A stretch of DNA of 64,000 bases, from NCBI GenBank assembly GCA_964593475.1, contig CAZQJI010000001.1:3168-67167 (forward strand). The letters run 5' to 3'. The notes under the pieces are model-generated. The model was not told the origin of the DNA and searched no databases. It saw only the letters and a program-made list of their open reading frames with translations. This DNA is from an uncultured Bacteroidota bacterium. Lineage in GTDB: Bacteria; Bacteroidota; Ignavibacteria; Kryptoniales; Kryptoniaceae. A program made the position numbers and the translations under genes. Positions 19,803 to 29,431 of this stretch are shown piece by piece; within the stretch, counting starts at the first letter, position 1, and every line of letters begins with the position of its first letter.

Positions 19803-21570
19803 ATTTCTGCGAATTTTTATCTTGACACTTGTTCTTGTCTCTTTTGCTTTTGCACAGGGCGAATGGCTCTTTAATCAAACTGCGGATTCTCTTTTCAAAT
19901 CTGGAGTTGAGCTTTTCAAACAAGGTTTAAATCTGCGCACTTTATATGGGGATACTTTTGGATTCAGTTATTTTGAAAGTGCTTATAAAAATTTCAATTC
20001 GGTTATGTCGCTTGGTTTGAATCATCGCACGAGCGCAAGTTATCTGATGGCTTCAAAGTCGCTTTCATATCTTGGCAGATTTTCTGACGCAAGGAATTTA
20101 CTTGAAGAGTTTTTGCTCCGTTTCCCGGAAAGTGGATATGTTGAAGACGCTTACTATACACTTGGTCTTATCTATGTTAAGTTGGGGGATTTTAAAAAAG
20201 CAGTTTTAAACCTTGATCGTGCAATTTCAAAGACCAGAACAGAAAAGGATAAATATCTTAAAATCGTGGGGATAATTGTTAATTCGCTTGGGAATTCAGA
20301 TTTTGTCGGGCTTGAGAGGGAGGATTTGACCCGGGATGTGAGATATCTTCTTGTTTTGGGATTTGCGGATAAAATCGCATCTTCGGGAAAGTTAGAAGAT
20401 GCAAAGAAATATGTTGCAAACAATCTTTTCTATTTCAAGGGGACTGAATTTTATGAAAAATTGATGCTTAAAATTTCTTACTTTGATCGTCTTCTTGTTC
20501 GTCCAAAATTAAAAATTGGCGCTTTGCTTCCCGAGAAGGAGAGTTTAAGTGAATCAATTCTGAAAGGTATGGAGATTGCAATTGATCAGCATAATTTAAA
20601 CTCAAATCCAAAAGTTGGAATTGAAGTGAGATATTACAGGTCTGAAAATGTTGATCAGAAACTTTTGAATTTTAAAAACTATCCTGAAGTTGTTGGGGTA
20701 ATTGGACCTGTTTACAGCCAGGACATTGAGCTATGTTCAAGGTTTGTGGATGAGTTGAAGGTTCCTGTGATTTCTCCAACCGCTATGTCTGATGGTTTGA
20801 CGGGTTTGAATAATTATCTCTTTCAATTCAATTCAGATTTAAGCACACGTGCAAGGGCTCTGGCTCAATTTGCGATTTTTGCGCTTGACTTGAAATATTT
20901 CGCTGTTTTAGCACCAAATGACAGAATGATCAAGCCGTTTGTTGATTCTTTCATTGATGAAGTCAGGCGAAATTCCGCAAATATAGTTGCGATTCAATTT
21001 TACAATCCAGAAGAAACAGACCTTCGTCCTCATTTCAGGAATTTGATTTCAAAGTTTGATTCGCTTAAAATTCCGCTTAATGAAATCTCAAATGAAAAAA
21101 TCGGCTTGTTTGCTCCGATTTTAAATCCCGACTATATCGGTATAATCTCTTCGCAGGTTTATTATCACGATTTAAAAGTGAAACTTCTCGGAAACGATGT
21201 CTGGAACAATTACGCTGAACTTTATATGAACAGGCGATATACGGATGGGGTTATATTTACAGGTGGGCAATATGTTGATTTTGAGAGTTCAACATTTAAA
21301 AATTTTGCAAAACTTTTCAAGGAAAAATTCGGGACCGAGCCGGATGAGTTTGCTGTTTATGGATATGATTCAGCAAATTTGATTTTAAAAATTATTGAAG
21401 AAGGGAAGTTAACAGGTGATGAAATTTATAAGGCGCTTAAAAATTTTGAGATAGGTGGTGTTGGTAGAGATGTGGTTTTTAATGAAAGCAGAGTGAATAG
21501 AAATGTTTCAATTCTCGTTTTTAGAGACAATTTAATCAGGAGGATTTCGCAGTGGGTGGTAAACAGGTAA
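19795..21570 (+). CDS. TPR plus periplasmic-binding-protein (LpoA/LppC-like) domain protein
   Basis: Signal peptide, TPR N-terminus, KIGALLP, GVIGPVYS, VPVISPTA, AVYGYD. Confidence 0.75.
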   Translation: MGKFLRIFILTLVLVSFAFAQGEWLFNQTADSLFKSGVELFKQGLNLRTLYGDTFGFSYFESAYKNFNSVMSLGLNHRTSASYLMASKSLSYLGRFSDARNLLEEFLLRFPESGYVEDAYYTLGLIYVKLGDFKKAVLNLDRAISKTRTEKDKYLKIVGIIVNSLGNSDFVGLEREDLTRDVRYLLVLGFADKIASSGKLEDAKKYVANNLFYFKGTEFYEKLMLKISYFDRLLVRPKLKIGALLPEKESLSESILKGMEIAIDQHNLNSNPKVGIEVRYYRSENVDQKLLNFKNYPEVVGVIGPVYSQDIELCSRFVDELKVPVISPTAMSDGLTGLNNYLFQFNSDLSTRARALAQFAIFALDLKYFAVLAPNDRMIKPFVDSFIDEVRRNSANIVAIQFYNPEETDLRPHFRNLISKFDSLKIPLNEISNEKIGLFAPILNPDYIGIISSQVYYHDLKVKLLGNDVWNNYAELYMNRRYTDGVIFTGGQYVDFESSTFKNFAKLFKEKFGTEPDEFAVYGYDSANLILKIIEEGKLTGDEIYKALKNFEIGGVGRDVVFNESRVNRNVSILVFRDNLIRRISQWVVNR

Positions 21571-22274
21571 AGTATGAGGTTGAGAGCGATTATAAAGTCA
21601 GGATAAAAGATCTACCGCCGGAGACGAGACCACGAGAGAAATTTATAAAATACGGACCACGTGCGGTTTCAAATGCTGAATTAATTGCCATTTTAATCGG
21701 TTCTGGAACAAGGAAAATTTCAGCGATAGACCTTGCAAATAAAATTTTGTCTGATGCCGGGGGATTGCGTGAGCTTGCAAGAAAAGACCTTGGTGATTTG
21801 AAAAAGTATAAAGGTATCGGTTTGAAGAAAGCGGTTGTGATTTCAGCAGCGTTTGAACTCTCGCGGAGGATTCAATCCGAACCTTACAACGAGAGACCTC
21901 AGATAACAAGCCCAGATGATATAGCAAGGATTTTTATACCACGTCTTTCTGATTTAAACAAAGAGATTTTGATCCTCGTCCTTCTTAACACAGCAAATCG
22001 CATAATAAAGGAAGTTGTGATTTCTGAGGGGAATTTGAACTCAAGCGTAATTCACCCGCGTGAGGTGTTTAAACCAGCAATAGATGAACTTTCCGCAAGC
22101 ATAATTCTTGTCCACAACCACCCGAGCGGAAATCCAGAGCCAAGCAAAGCCGATGTTGAAGTCACAAAACAAATTTATCAAGCTGGTGAGATAATCGGGA
22201 TAAAACTTCTTGACCATGTGATAATTGCCGGAGATAAATTCACAAGTATGGCTCAACTCGGGTTGTTGAAATAA
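21552..22274 (+). CDS. radC: RadC family JAB-domain protein
   Basis: RPREK...G...S.AELIAIL, HPREVF, HNHPSG.PEPS.AD, LLDHVI. Confidence 0.95.
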   Translation: MGGKQVKYEVESDYKVRIKDLPPETRPREKFIKYGPRAVSNAELIAILIGSGTRKISAIDLANKILSDAGGLRELARKDLGDLKKYKGIGLKKAVVISAAFELSRRIQSEPYNERPQITSPDDIARIFIPRLSDLNKEILILVLLNTANRIIKEVVISEGNLNSSVIHPREVFKPAIDELSASIILVHNHPSGNPEPSKADVEVTKQIYQAGEIIGIKLLDHVIIAGDKFTSMAQLGLLK

Positions 22275-22304
22275 ATTTGTAAAAACAAAAATAGGGTTGA
22301 AGTT

Positions 22305-22787
22305 ATGGAGTTAAAAATTGTCAAAATTGAAAAACCGGACAACATTAACTTTATTCTCGGTCAGGCGCATTTTATAAAGACGGTTGAGGACTTATACGAG
22401 GCGATTGTCACGACGCAACCGCATTTGAAATTCGGGATTGCATTTTGTGAATCATCAGGACCGGCGCTTGTGAGATGGGCTGGTAATGATGAAGCGATGA
22501 TTGAACTTGCAAAGAAAAATGCTTTGAATCTTTCCGCCGGTCATTCCTTCATTATTTTTATGGATAACGGTTATCCGATAAACATCTTAAACGCTGTTAA
22601 GATGGTTCCAGAGGTTTGCAGAATTTTCTGTGCAACCGCAAATCCCGTTGAGGTGATAATTGCAGAGACAGAGCAAGGGCGCGGGATTCTTGGCGTGATT
22701 GATGGAGTTAAGACAAAAGGAGTTGAAGGTGAGGAAGATATTCAAAAGAGGAAGGAATTTTTGAGAAAGATCGGATACAAGTTTTAA
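22305..22787 (+). CDS. Adenosine-specific kinase family protein (DUF355)
   Basis: GQAHFIKTVED, GIAFCESSG, AGHSF, PEVCRIFCATANP, QGRGILGVIDG. Confidence 0.85.
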   Translation: MELKIVKIEKPDNINFILGQAHFIKTVEDLYEAIVTTQPHLKFGIAFCESSGPALVRWAGNDEAMIELAKKNALNLSAGHSFIIFMDNGYPINILNAVKMVPEVCRIFCATANPVEVIIAETEQGRGILGVIDGVKTKGVEGEEDIQKRKEFLRKIGYKF

Positions 22788-22812
22788 GAAAAAATAAAAA
22801 CTTTAAACGCTT

Positions 22813-24384
22813 ATGAGAAAATTAATCTTTCTTTCGTTTGCAGTTTTATTTTTCGCCTGTTCATCTCTGCAAGAAAGCGTTGAGACAGGGCTTGAGAGAA
22901 TTTCGGCGGAGAATATAAGGGAAAACATAACATTTCTCGCAAGTGACTCATTAAAGGGACGCAACACGCCAAGCCCTGAACTTGACATCGCCGGTGAATT
23001 CATAGCCGATAAATTCAAACAATATGGTTTAAAGCCCGTAAATGGAAGCTATTTTCAAAAAGTTGAATTCGTCAGGGTTGATCTCGGAGATGAAAATTAT
23101 TTTGAGGTTGTGAAAAACGGGGAAAGCAAAAGCTTTAAAATCGGAGATGATTTTGTTCCTTTTAACTTTGGTGATGGTGAAATTGAAGCCGGTGTTGTTT
23201 TCGCAGGATACGGAATAACAGCAAAAGAATATGGCTACGATGATTATGATGGTATTGATGTAAAGGGTAAAATCGTAATTGTGTTAAGAGATGAACCACA
23301 GGAAAAAGACAGCGCAAGTGTTTTCAACGGAGCAAATCCAACAAGATATTCATTCCCAAGATATAAAGTTCAAAATGCGTTTGAACATGGTGCAATTGGT
23401 GTTGTGATTCTACCCGATCCATTGAATCATTTGGTTTTGAAGCCACGAGGTTACTCCTGGCCGAAAATTTTTAAAAATCTTCCGAGGACATCCCTTCCCA
23501 TTCAACTTGCTTATCAACAGCGCTCACTTCTTCCAGCTGTTGAGGCAGGCGAGGAATTTATCAAAGAAATTTTCGGCGATGTGCAGGTTTTAAAAGATAT
23601 TCAAAAATCAATTGATGAGACATTGAAGCCGAAATCGTTTGAGATTGAAAATGTTAAGTTGAAGATGAAAATATCTTTTGTGAAAGAAAATGTCTACGCA
23701 AATAATGTCGTCGGTTTAATTGAAGGAAGTGACCCTGAATTGAAAGATGAAATTGTCATCGTTGGAGCGCATTATGACCATGTCGGTTATTTTTCACCAA
23801 CTGCTGTTGGAAGCGCAGGGAAAGATAGCATTTACAACGGCGCAGATGATAACGCATCCGGAACTGTTGGAATGCTTGAGGTTGCCCGTGCTTTCGGATT
23901 GAGCAAAGTCAAACCGAAAAGAAGCATACTTTTTATCGCCTTCTGCGGTGAAGAAAAAGGACTTCTCGGCTCAAGATATTATGTTGATAATCCGCTTTTC
24001 CCGATTGAGAAGACAATTGCAATGGTGAATCTTGATATGATCGGAAGAAATTCAATTGATAGTTTGATTTTGATCGGATGGAGTTATAGCGAAGATATGA
24101 AGAGAATCGCTGAGGAAGAAAATAGAGAAATTGGCTTTAAATTTTCTTATGATGGCGAGAAAGATTTTCCACGAAGCGATCAGGCAAATTTTGCAAGAAA
24201 AGGTATCCCTGTGATTTTCTTCCATTCAGGAGAGCATGAGGATTATCACAAGGTCAGTGATGAAGTTGGAAAAATTAATTTTTCAAAAATTGAAAAAGTT
24301 GCAAAACTTTGCTATCGTGTCGTTTATAGAATTGCGAATTCCAACATAAGACCAAAATTGAAAGAGGATAAACTGGCAAATTAA
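22813..24384 (+). CDS. M28 family peptidase lipoprotein with PA domain
   Basis: Lipobox FFAC; GAHYDH, NGADDNASG, GEEKGLLGS, NLDMIG, RSD, HEDYH. Confidence 0.92.
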   Translation: MRKLIFLSFAVLFFACSSLQESVETGLERISAENIRENITFLASDSLKGRNTPSPELDIAGEFIADKFKQYGLKPVNGSYFQKVEFVRVDLGDENYFEVVKNGESKSFKIGDDFVPFNFGDGEIEAGVVFAGYGITAKEYGYDDYDGIDVKGKIVIVLRDEPQEKDSASVFNGANPTRYSFPRYKVQNAFEHGAIGVVILPDPLNHLVLKPRGYSWPKIFKNLPRTSLPIQLAYQQRSLLPAVEAGEEFIKEIFGDVQVLKDIQKSIDETLKPKSFEIENVKLKMKISFVKENVYANNVVGLIEGSDPELKDEIVIVGAHYDHVGYFSPTAVGSAGKDSIYNGADDNASGTVGMLEVARAFGLSKVKPKRSILFIAFCGEEKGLLGSRYYVDNPLFPIEKTIAMVNLDMIGRNSIDSLILIGWSYSEDMKRIAEEENREIGFKFSYDGEKDFPRSDQANFARKGIPVIFFHSGEHEDYHKVSDEVGKINFSKIEKVAKLCYRVVYRIANSNIRPKLKEDKLAN

Positions 24385-24484
24385 TTGTTTTGAATTTTTA
24401 AAGTTGTTTGCTAATTTCAGAAAAATTTGAGCTAATTCGGGCAAGTTTTGAAAAAGTGTATTTGAAAATTAATCTTGCGAAAAA

Positions 24485-27400
24485 ATGTTTTTCGGAGTCA
24501 GAATGTTAAGTCAAATTCTCAATTTTGTTTTCTCTTTTTTCCCGATTTCAGCATTGCTTTATCTTGCTTACAGGGTCTGGGAGAGAAAAAGAACGTCAGC
24601 TGGATTTTTCCATCTTTTTATCGCATTGATTTTAACTTTCATTGCCACCTTCCAAACTTTTATTTTAGTTCTGTTTTTTGAGTATCTCTACGATTACGAG
24701 GTAACGATCGCAACAATTGTGTTTTGTATCGGGCTTGGCTTTGCACTGCGAGGGATTTACAAAATTGCTGAAAATATATCTGATGAAGTCAATTCAGAGA
24801 TAAAGAAGATTTTTAAATGGATCGGTTTCATCGCCCTTGCATTTGTGATTGTTTATTATATCCCGATTTATTTCAAAATTCAGAGAACATTTATCTGGAA
24901 AGTCGGTGGGCTTTTCTATGGTTTAAATCATATCTTGCTCTGGGGAATTTTCAATTCCATTGCAAGCATTTCAAGTTTGGTGGAGCAGTTAAGGAATAAA
25001 GCAAAAATTTTGAAAGTTTTGAGTTTTTACTTTTTGATTGAACCATTGATTTACCTTACGCTCGTTGCTTTTGAGGTTTTACCATCATGGCTTTTCACAA
25101 CTCGTATGGTTATGTCAGCGATAAGTGTTTTGCTTGCTCTTTTTGTTGTTTCGTTTACGATGATTTTTTCTTTGAGATATTTAAATCAAGTTGTTTCTGG
25201 CGTTGAAAGAGTTCATCCCGAGAGGATAAAACTTGTTACTTTGAGGAAGATAAGATCGCTTGTTTTCACTTCTATTCCATTTATTGGCGTTCTTTTATTT
25301 TTGCAAGCATTTTTGATAAAGAAATATATTGAGTTTGAAGTTGAGCGTTATGCGATGGAGAAAGCGAAACTTTTGAAAAGCATATCAAACGATTTAGAAT
25401 TTGCAATTAAAAGTTCATTTAAAATTCTTGAAGAACTTGCGCAGGATAAAGATGTCGCAGAAATTAATCTTTCTGCTTTGCATTCAAAATATGAAAGGGC
25501 ATTTCGCAGATTTCCAGATTATGTTGGAAATGTGAGCAGAGTTGATGAGAAAGGAATTTTGCGATACACATATCCGGTTGATCCAAAAGCCATCGGGCGC
25601 GATGTGAGTTATCAGGAGCATAACAAGAAATTTCTAATTTTAAAGAAGCCAGTTGTAAGTTCTGTTTTCAGGGCAGTTCAGGGTTATGATGCAGTTGTGT
25701 TTGAATATCCTGTGTTTGATTCAAAAGGTAAATTCCTCGGTGGTGTTTCGTGTTTAATTGATGTCAATAAAATGCTTCAACATTTTTCAAAGATAGCGGG
25801 TGGAGGACTTGATGAGTTTCTTGTTTTCAGCGTGAATAATGGTTCGGTTTTATTTTCAAGTAAAACAGATTTAATCAGTCAAAACTTTTATGATGTCATT
25901 AAAAAGTTAGTGCGTGAAGATGTCAGGGCAATTGTTCAAAGTGAGATTAACAGCAAAGATATGAATGGTCTCGTATTACAGGGAAGGCATATATGGTTGA
26001 GAAAAATAAATTTTGCTTTTTCATTTGCAAAAATTGAATTGATTGAAAATGACACAGAAACATGGGCTTTTGTTAATTTGCTTGATGAGCCGAGTTTACT
26101 TAAAAGATTTGGTTATCATCTGAGAGTTTATGGAATCCTCTTTATCGCTTCAATTTTAATTTTCGCTTATCTGCTTTTCATTTACATCAACTCTGTAAAA
26201 TACAGTTTCACGCTTGAAGAGGAAATAGTAAAGCAAACAAACGAGATAATTGAGTCGGAGAGAAAATACAGGGAACTTGCAAACAATCCACTTGTTGGGC
26301 TTGCAATTTACGATGAAAATGGGTTTAAGTTTGTCAATTCACGACTTTGTGAAATTCTGGGTTATGAGTCAATGGAGGAATTTTTAAAGTTGTCTCCGTT
26401 TAAGATAATTCATCCTGATGACAGGGAAAAATGGGTTGGGCGTGCTATGAAACTTTTGCGTGGTGAATTTGCTCCCGAGCGAGCAGATTATAGAGCGTTT
26501 AAAAAAGATGGTGATATTGTTTATTTAACCTGTTATTCAAAACGTGTGATTTTTGATGGAAAACCAGCAGTTCAAACAGTTATAATTGACTCAACGAAGG
26601 AGAAAATGCAGGAGAATATGATAAGGCATTTGCAGAGGGTTGAATCAATAGGGACATTTACGATGGGAATGGCGCATGATTTTAACAACATTTTGCAGAT
26701 AATTGTTGCTTCTGCGCAGATGATTGATCTCAAGTTTCAGAGAGGTGAATTAAAGAAGGAAGATTTGAAAAAATACATTGACAACATCATTTCAATTTCA
26801 AATCGTGGGGCGGAGTTAATCAAGCGTTTGAAAATTTTCACGAGGAAAGAAATTCCAAATGCGGAGATACTTGATTTTGAACGGGTGATTTTTAACATTG
26901 TTGATGTTTTAAAGTCGCTTTTCCCGAAGTTTATTGAAATTGAAGTTAAATCGGATTGCGCTGGTGCGAAAGTTTATGGTTCAAGAATAGAGATACAACA
27001 GGCACTTTTGAATATAGCTGTAAATGCCAGAGATGCAATTGTTGAGAAAAAAGAGAAGGGAATGTTGAACGAAAACGGGAAGATATTAATTGAGGTGTGT
27101 GTTAAGGACATCACGCTTGAGGAGTCGGAGATTTTTAAAGTAAATCCGGGCAAATATGTCTGTGTGAGCGTCAGCGATAATGGTATAGGGATGGATGAGA
27201 AGACGAAGTCAAGAATTTTTGAACCATTTTTCACAACGAAGAGACCTGAAATCGGGACGGGGCTCGGGATGTCAACCGTTTTCGGAATTGTGAGTTCACA
27301 CGGTGGATTTATCACTGTTGATTCAAAACCCGGTGAAGGGACAAAGGTCACATTTTATCTTCCTGTTGTATCTGCAGAAGAACTCTCTGAAGTTAAAAAA

Positions 27401-27775
27401 GGTGCTGAAGAGCCCGGGAAGAAACCCGCGGTGATGCTTGTTTCAGAAAATTCAAATTTGAAATCAAAATTGAAGTCGTTCTTTGAATCAAGAGGTGTAC
27501 AAGTTTTGATTGGAGATGATAAGGTTATAGCGGTTAAGGTTTTAAGTGAAAATGATGAAAATGTCGGCGTGATTTTGATTGATTCAAAGACGCAGAGATT
27601 GAAGTTAAAAGACACAATTGCGGAGTTAAAAATTTTAAAACCATCTGCGAAGTTAATCCTGCTTTATTCAACGCCCGAGGCATCAGAAATTGAAGGCGTT
27701 GAAATTTTTGAAGACCCGGAAAATGAACTTGATAAACTTTTTGAACTGGTGAAAAATGAGATTACGATTAAATAA
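24485..27775 (+). CDS. Multi-TM Cache/PAS sensor histidine kinase with degenerate C-terminal receiver-like domain
   Basis: Several N-terminal TM helices, dCache-like region, PAS (IHPDDRE), H-box AHDFNN, N-box LNIAVNARDA, DNGIGM, FEPFFTTK, GTGLG. Confidence 0.9.
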   Translation: MFFGVRMLSQILNFVFSFFPISALLYLAYRVWERKRTSAGFFHLFIALILTFIATFQTFILVLFFEYLYDYEVTIATIVFCIGLGFALRGIYKIAENISDEVNSEIKKIFKWIGFIALAFVIVYYIPIYFKIQRTFIWKVGGLFYGLNHILLWGIFNSIASISSLVEQLRNKAKILKVLSFYFLIEPLIYLTLVAFEVLPSWLFTTRMVMSAISVLLALFVVSFTMIFSLRYLNQVVSGVERVHPERIKLVTLRKIRSLVFTSIPFIGVLLFLQAFLIKKYIEFEVERYAMEKAKLLKSISNDLEFAIKSSFKILEELAQDKDVAEINLSALHSKYERAFRRFPDYVGNVSRVDEKGILRYTYPVDPKAIGRDVSYQEHNKKFLILKKPVVSSVFRAVQGYDAVVFEYPVFDSKGKFLGGVSCLIDVNKMLQHFSKIAGGGLDEFLVFSVNNGSVLFSSKTDLISQNFYDVIKKLVREDVRAIVQSEINSKDMNGLVLQGRHIWLRKINFAFSFAKIELIENDTETWAFVNLLDEPSLLKRFGYHLRVYGILFIASILIFAYLLFIYINSVKYSFTLEEEIVKQTNEIIESERKYRELANNPLVGLAIYDENGFKFVNSRLCEILGYESMEEFLKLSPFKIIHPDDREKWVGRAMKLLRGEFAPERADYRAFKKDGDIVYLTCYSKRVIFDGKPAVQTVIIDSTKEKMQENMIRHLQRVESIGTFTMGMAHDFNNILQIIVASAQMIDLKFQRGELKKEDLKKYIDNIISISNRGAELIKRLKIFTRKEIPNAEILDFERVIFNIVDVLKSLFPKFIEIEVKSDCAGAKVYGSRIEIQQALLNIAVNARDAIVEKKEKGMLNENGKILIEVCVKDITLEESEIFKVNPGKYVCVSVSDNGIGMDEKTKSRIFEPFFTTKRPEIGTGLGMSTVFGIVSSHGGFITVDSKPGEGTKVTFYLPVVSAEELSEVKKGAEEPGKKPAVMLVSENSNLKSKLKSFFESRGVQVLIGDDKVIAVKVLSENDENVGVILIDSKTQRLKLKDTIAELKILKPSAKLILLYSTPEASEIEGVEIFEDPENELDKLFELVKNEITIK

Positions 27776-27791
27776 ATAAAAAATTTGTGTT

Positions 27792-28976
27792 ATGAAAGTT
27801 TTTGATTTTGAAATTCCGGAGTGTAAGAATTTTACTGGTTATAAGCCGTGTTATTCCTATGCTAAATGTCATGAAACAGGTTGCGTTGATCCAAAACCTT
27901 TTGGGGTTAAAATTTTGATTATAAACCTTGATGCGATGGGCAATGTTTTGCTTACGACTTCAATTCTACCTGCGATAAAAAGGAAATATCCTGAGAGTTC
28001 AATTTACTGGCTCACGCTTAAGAACACACATCGTCTGCTTGACAACAATCCTTATCTTGATGAAGTTTTCGTTTGGGATCCCGAGACATGGCTTATACTT
28101 GAAAATATGAAGTTTGACATTGTGATGAATGTTGACAAGTCCCGCAGGTCTGCAAGTTTGACTATGAAGTTGAATGCAGATAAAAAGTTTGGCTACGGGA
28201 TGAACGAGCACGGTCAGATAATACCTTTGAATGCTTCAGCAGGTTATGATTATCGCCTTGGGCTTGATGATGAATTAAAGTTTAAGAAAAATCAGAAAAC
28301 ACGACAGGAGATTTTGTGTGAGATGTTTGAGCTTGAATATAAGCGTGATGAATATGTTCTTGTTTTAAGCGAAGATGAGAAAAAATTTTCTGAAGAGTAT
28401 AAAAGAAGCGTCGGGATAAAAGATGATGAGCTTGTGGTTGGGTTTAACACGGGTTGTTCTCCTTTATATCCGAATAAAAAAATGACGATTGAGCAACATG
28501 TTGAGCTGATAAAGAGATTTTCAAGATATGACGGAATAAAGCTTGTTTTGCTTGGTGGACCTGAAGATACTGAAAGAAATGAAGAAATTTTCAGAAGAGC
28601 TGTTGAAATTGATGGTGTTGCCGGGAAATTAATTAACACTCCAACAACCGAAGGGATAAGGCGTGGGATATGCTATGAGAACATTTGCGATGTTGTTATA
28701 ACCGGTGATTCATACGGGATGCATCTTGCGATTGCGTTGAGGAAGTTTGTAATAGCGTGGTTTGGTTTAAGTTCGTGGGTGGAGGTTGATTTATATGATA
28801 GAGGTGTTAAGTTGATTCCAGAGGGTCTTGAGTGTGCCCCGTGCTGGAAAAAGGTATGTCCGTATAATCTTGAATGTATTCAGATGATTGACCTTGACAG
28901 AATTGAAAAAATTGTGGTTGAATATAAGGAGAAAGTTTTCAATAGCGTTTTAAAAGTTAAATCTGAGGTTGTTTAA
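27792..28976 (+). CDS. Glycosyltransferase family 9 (heptosyltransferase-like)
   Basis: ILII..DAMGNVL.T, VITGDS.GMHLAIA, C-terminal C.PC....C....C motif. Confidence 0.88.
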   Translation: MKVFDFEIPECKNFTGYKPCYSYAKCHETGCVDPKPFGVKILIINLDAMGNVLLTTSILPAIKRKYPESSIYWLTLKNTHRLLDNNPYLDEVFVWDPETWLILENMKFDIVMNVDKSRRSASLTMKLNADKKFGYGMNEHGQIIPLNASAGYDYRLGLDDELKFKKNQKTRQEILCEMFELEYKRDEYVLVLSEDEKKFSEEYKRSVGIKDDELVVGFNTGCSPLYPNKKMTIEQHVELIKRFSRYDGIKLVLLGGPEDTERNEEIFRRAVEIDGVAGKLINTPTTEGIRRGICYENICDVVITGDSYGMHLAIALRKFVIAWFGLSSWVEVDLYDRGVKLIPEGLECAPCWKKVCPYNLECIQMIDLDRIEKIVVEYKEKVFNSVLKVKSEVV

Positions 28977-28997
28977 AGTTGTGTTGTGAATTTGTTT

Positions 28998-29026
28998 TTG
29001 ACAAGTTGTGAATTTTTTAGTAAATT
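28998..29026 (+). promoter_or_regulatory. sigma70-type promoter upstream of tRNA-Pro copy 1
   Basis: TTGACA (28998-29003), 17-nt spacer, TAAATT (29021-29026). Confidence 0.65.
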
Positions 29027-29053
29027 TTATTTGAAATTGTTTCCGTTCTTTAG

Positions 29054-29163
29054 AAAAATTCGGGACGTAGCGCAGCCTGGTAGCGTCCCTAAGGGAGTCC
29101 TTAGGACCACTACCTTGGGGTGGTAGGGGTCGCGGGTTCAAATCCCGCCGTCCCGACTAAAAA
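29054..29163 (+). repeat. 110-bp direct repeat, copy 1 (contains interrupted tRNA-Pro)
   Basis: Identical to 29415..29524 (offset 361 nt) by direct reading. Confidence 0.95.
29061..29156 (+). tRNA. tRNA-Pro(GGG) with 22-nt insertion (29086-29107) between canonical positions 24 and 25
   Basis: Acceptor CGGGACG/CGTCCCG, D arm GCGC-AGCCTGGTA-GCG[insert]C, anticodon stem CTACC/GGTAG with loop TTGGGGT, T arm GCGGG-TTCAAAT-CCCGC; CCA not encoded. Confidence 0.9.
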
Positions 29164-29176
29164 ATTTTAAAATCTT

Positions 29177-29431
29177 ATGCCTTACTTTGTTTACATCCTT
29201 AAAAGTTTGAAGGATGGTAGTTATTATATCGGACACACGAAAGATGTAATAAAAAGATTGAATGATCACAATTTTGGTCGTGTTAAGTCAACAAAAAGTA
29301 GAAGACCATTGAAATTAATTTACATTGAGGAATTTAAAACGAAAAAAGAAGCATTTGCGAGGGAGATGTATTTAAAAAATCCAGAAGGTTATCTTGAAAA
29401 GCTGGAGATTATTAAAAAATTCGGGACGTAG
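29177..29431 (+). CDS. GIY-YIG nuclease (UPF0213/SLX1-like, single domain)
   Basis: YFVYIL.S......YYIGHT.D...RL..HN, RP.KL.Y.E.F....EA..RE..LK; conserved Arg and Glu present. Confidence 0.93.
   Translation: MPYFVYILKSLKDGSYYIGHTKDVIKRLNDHNFGRVKSTKSRRPLKLIYIEEFKTKKEAFAREMYLKNPEGYLEKLEIIKKFGT

Noticed and set aside
21552..22274. radC as a marker of a mobile element
   Set aside because: Full-length chromosomal form embedded in a housekeeping operon
28950..29141. 63-aa minus-strand ORF
   Set aside because: Antisense shadow of tRNA-Pro copy 1 and its promoter
29157..29159. Missing CCA end as evidence that the tRNA-Pro copies are pseudogenes
   Set aside because: The normal tRNA-Cys in this window also lacks encoded CCA
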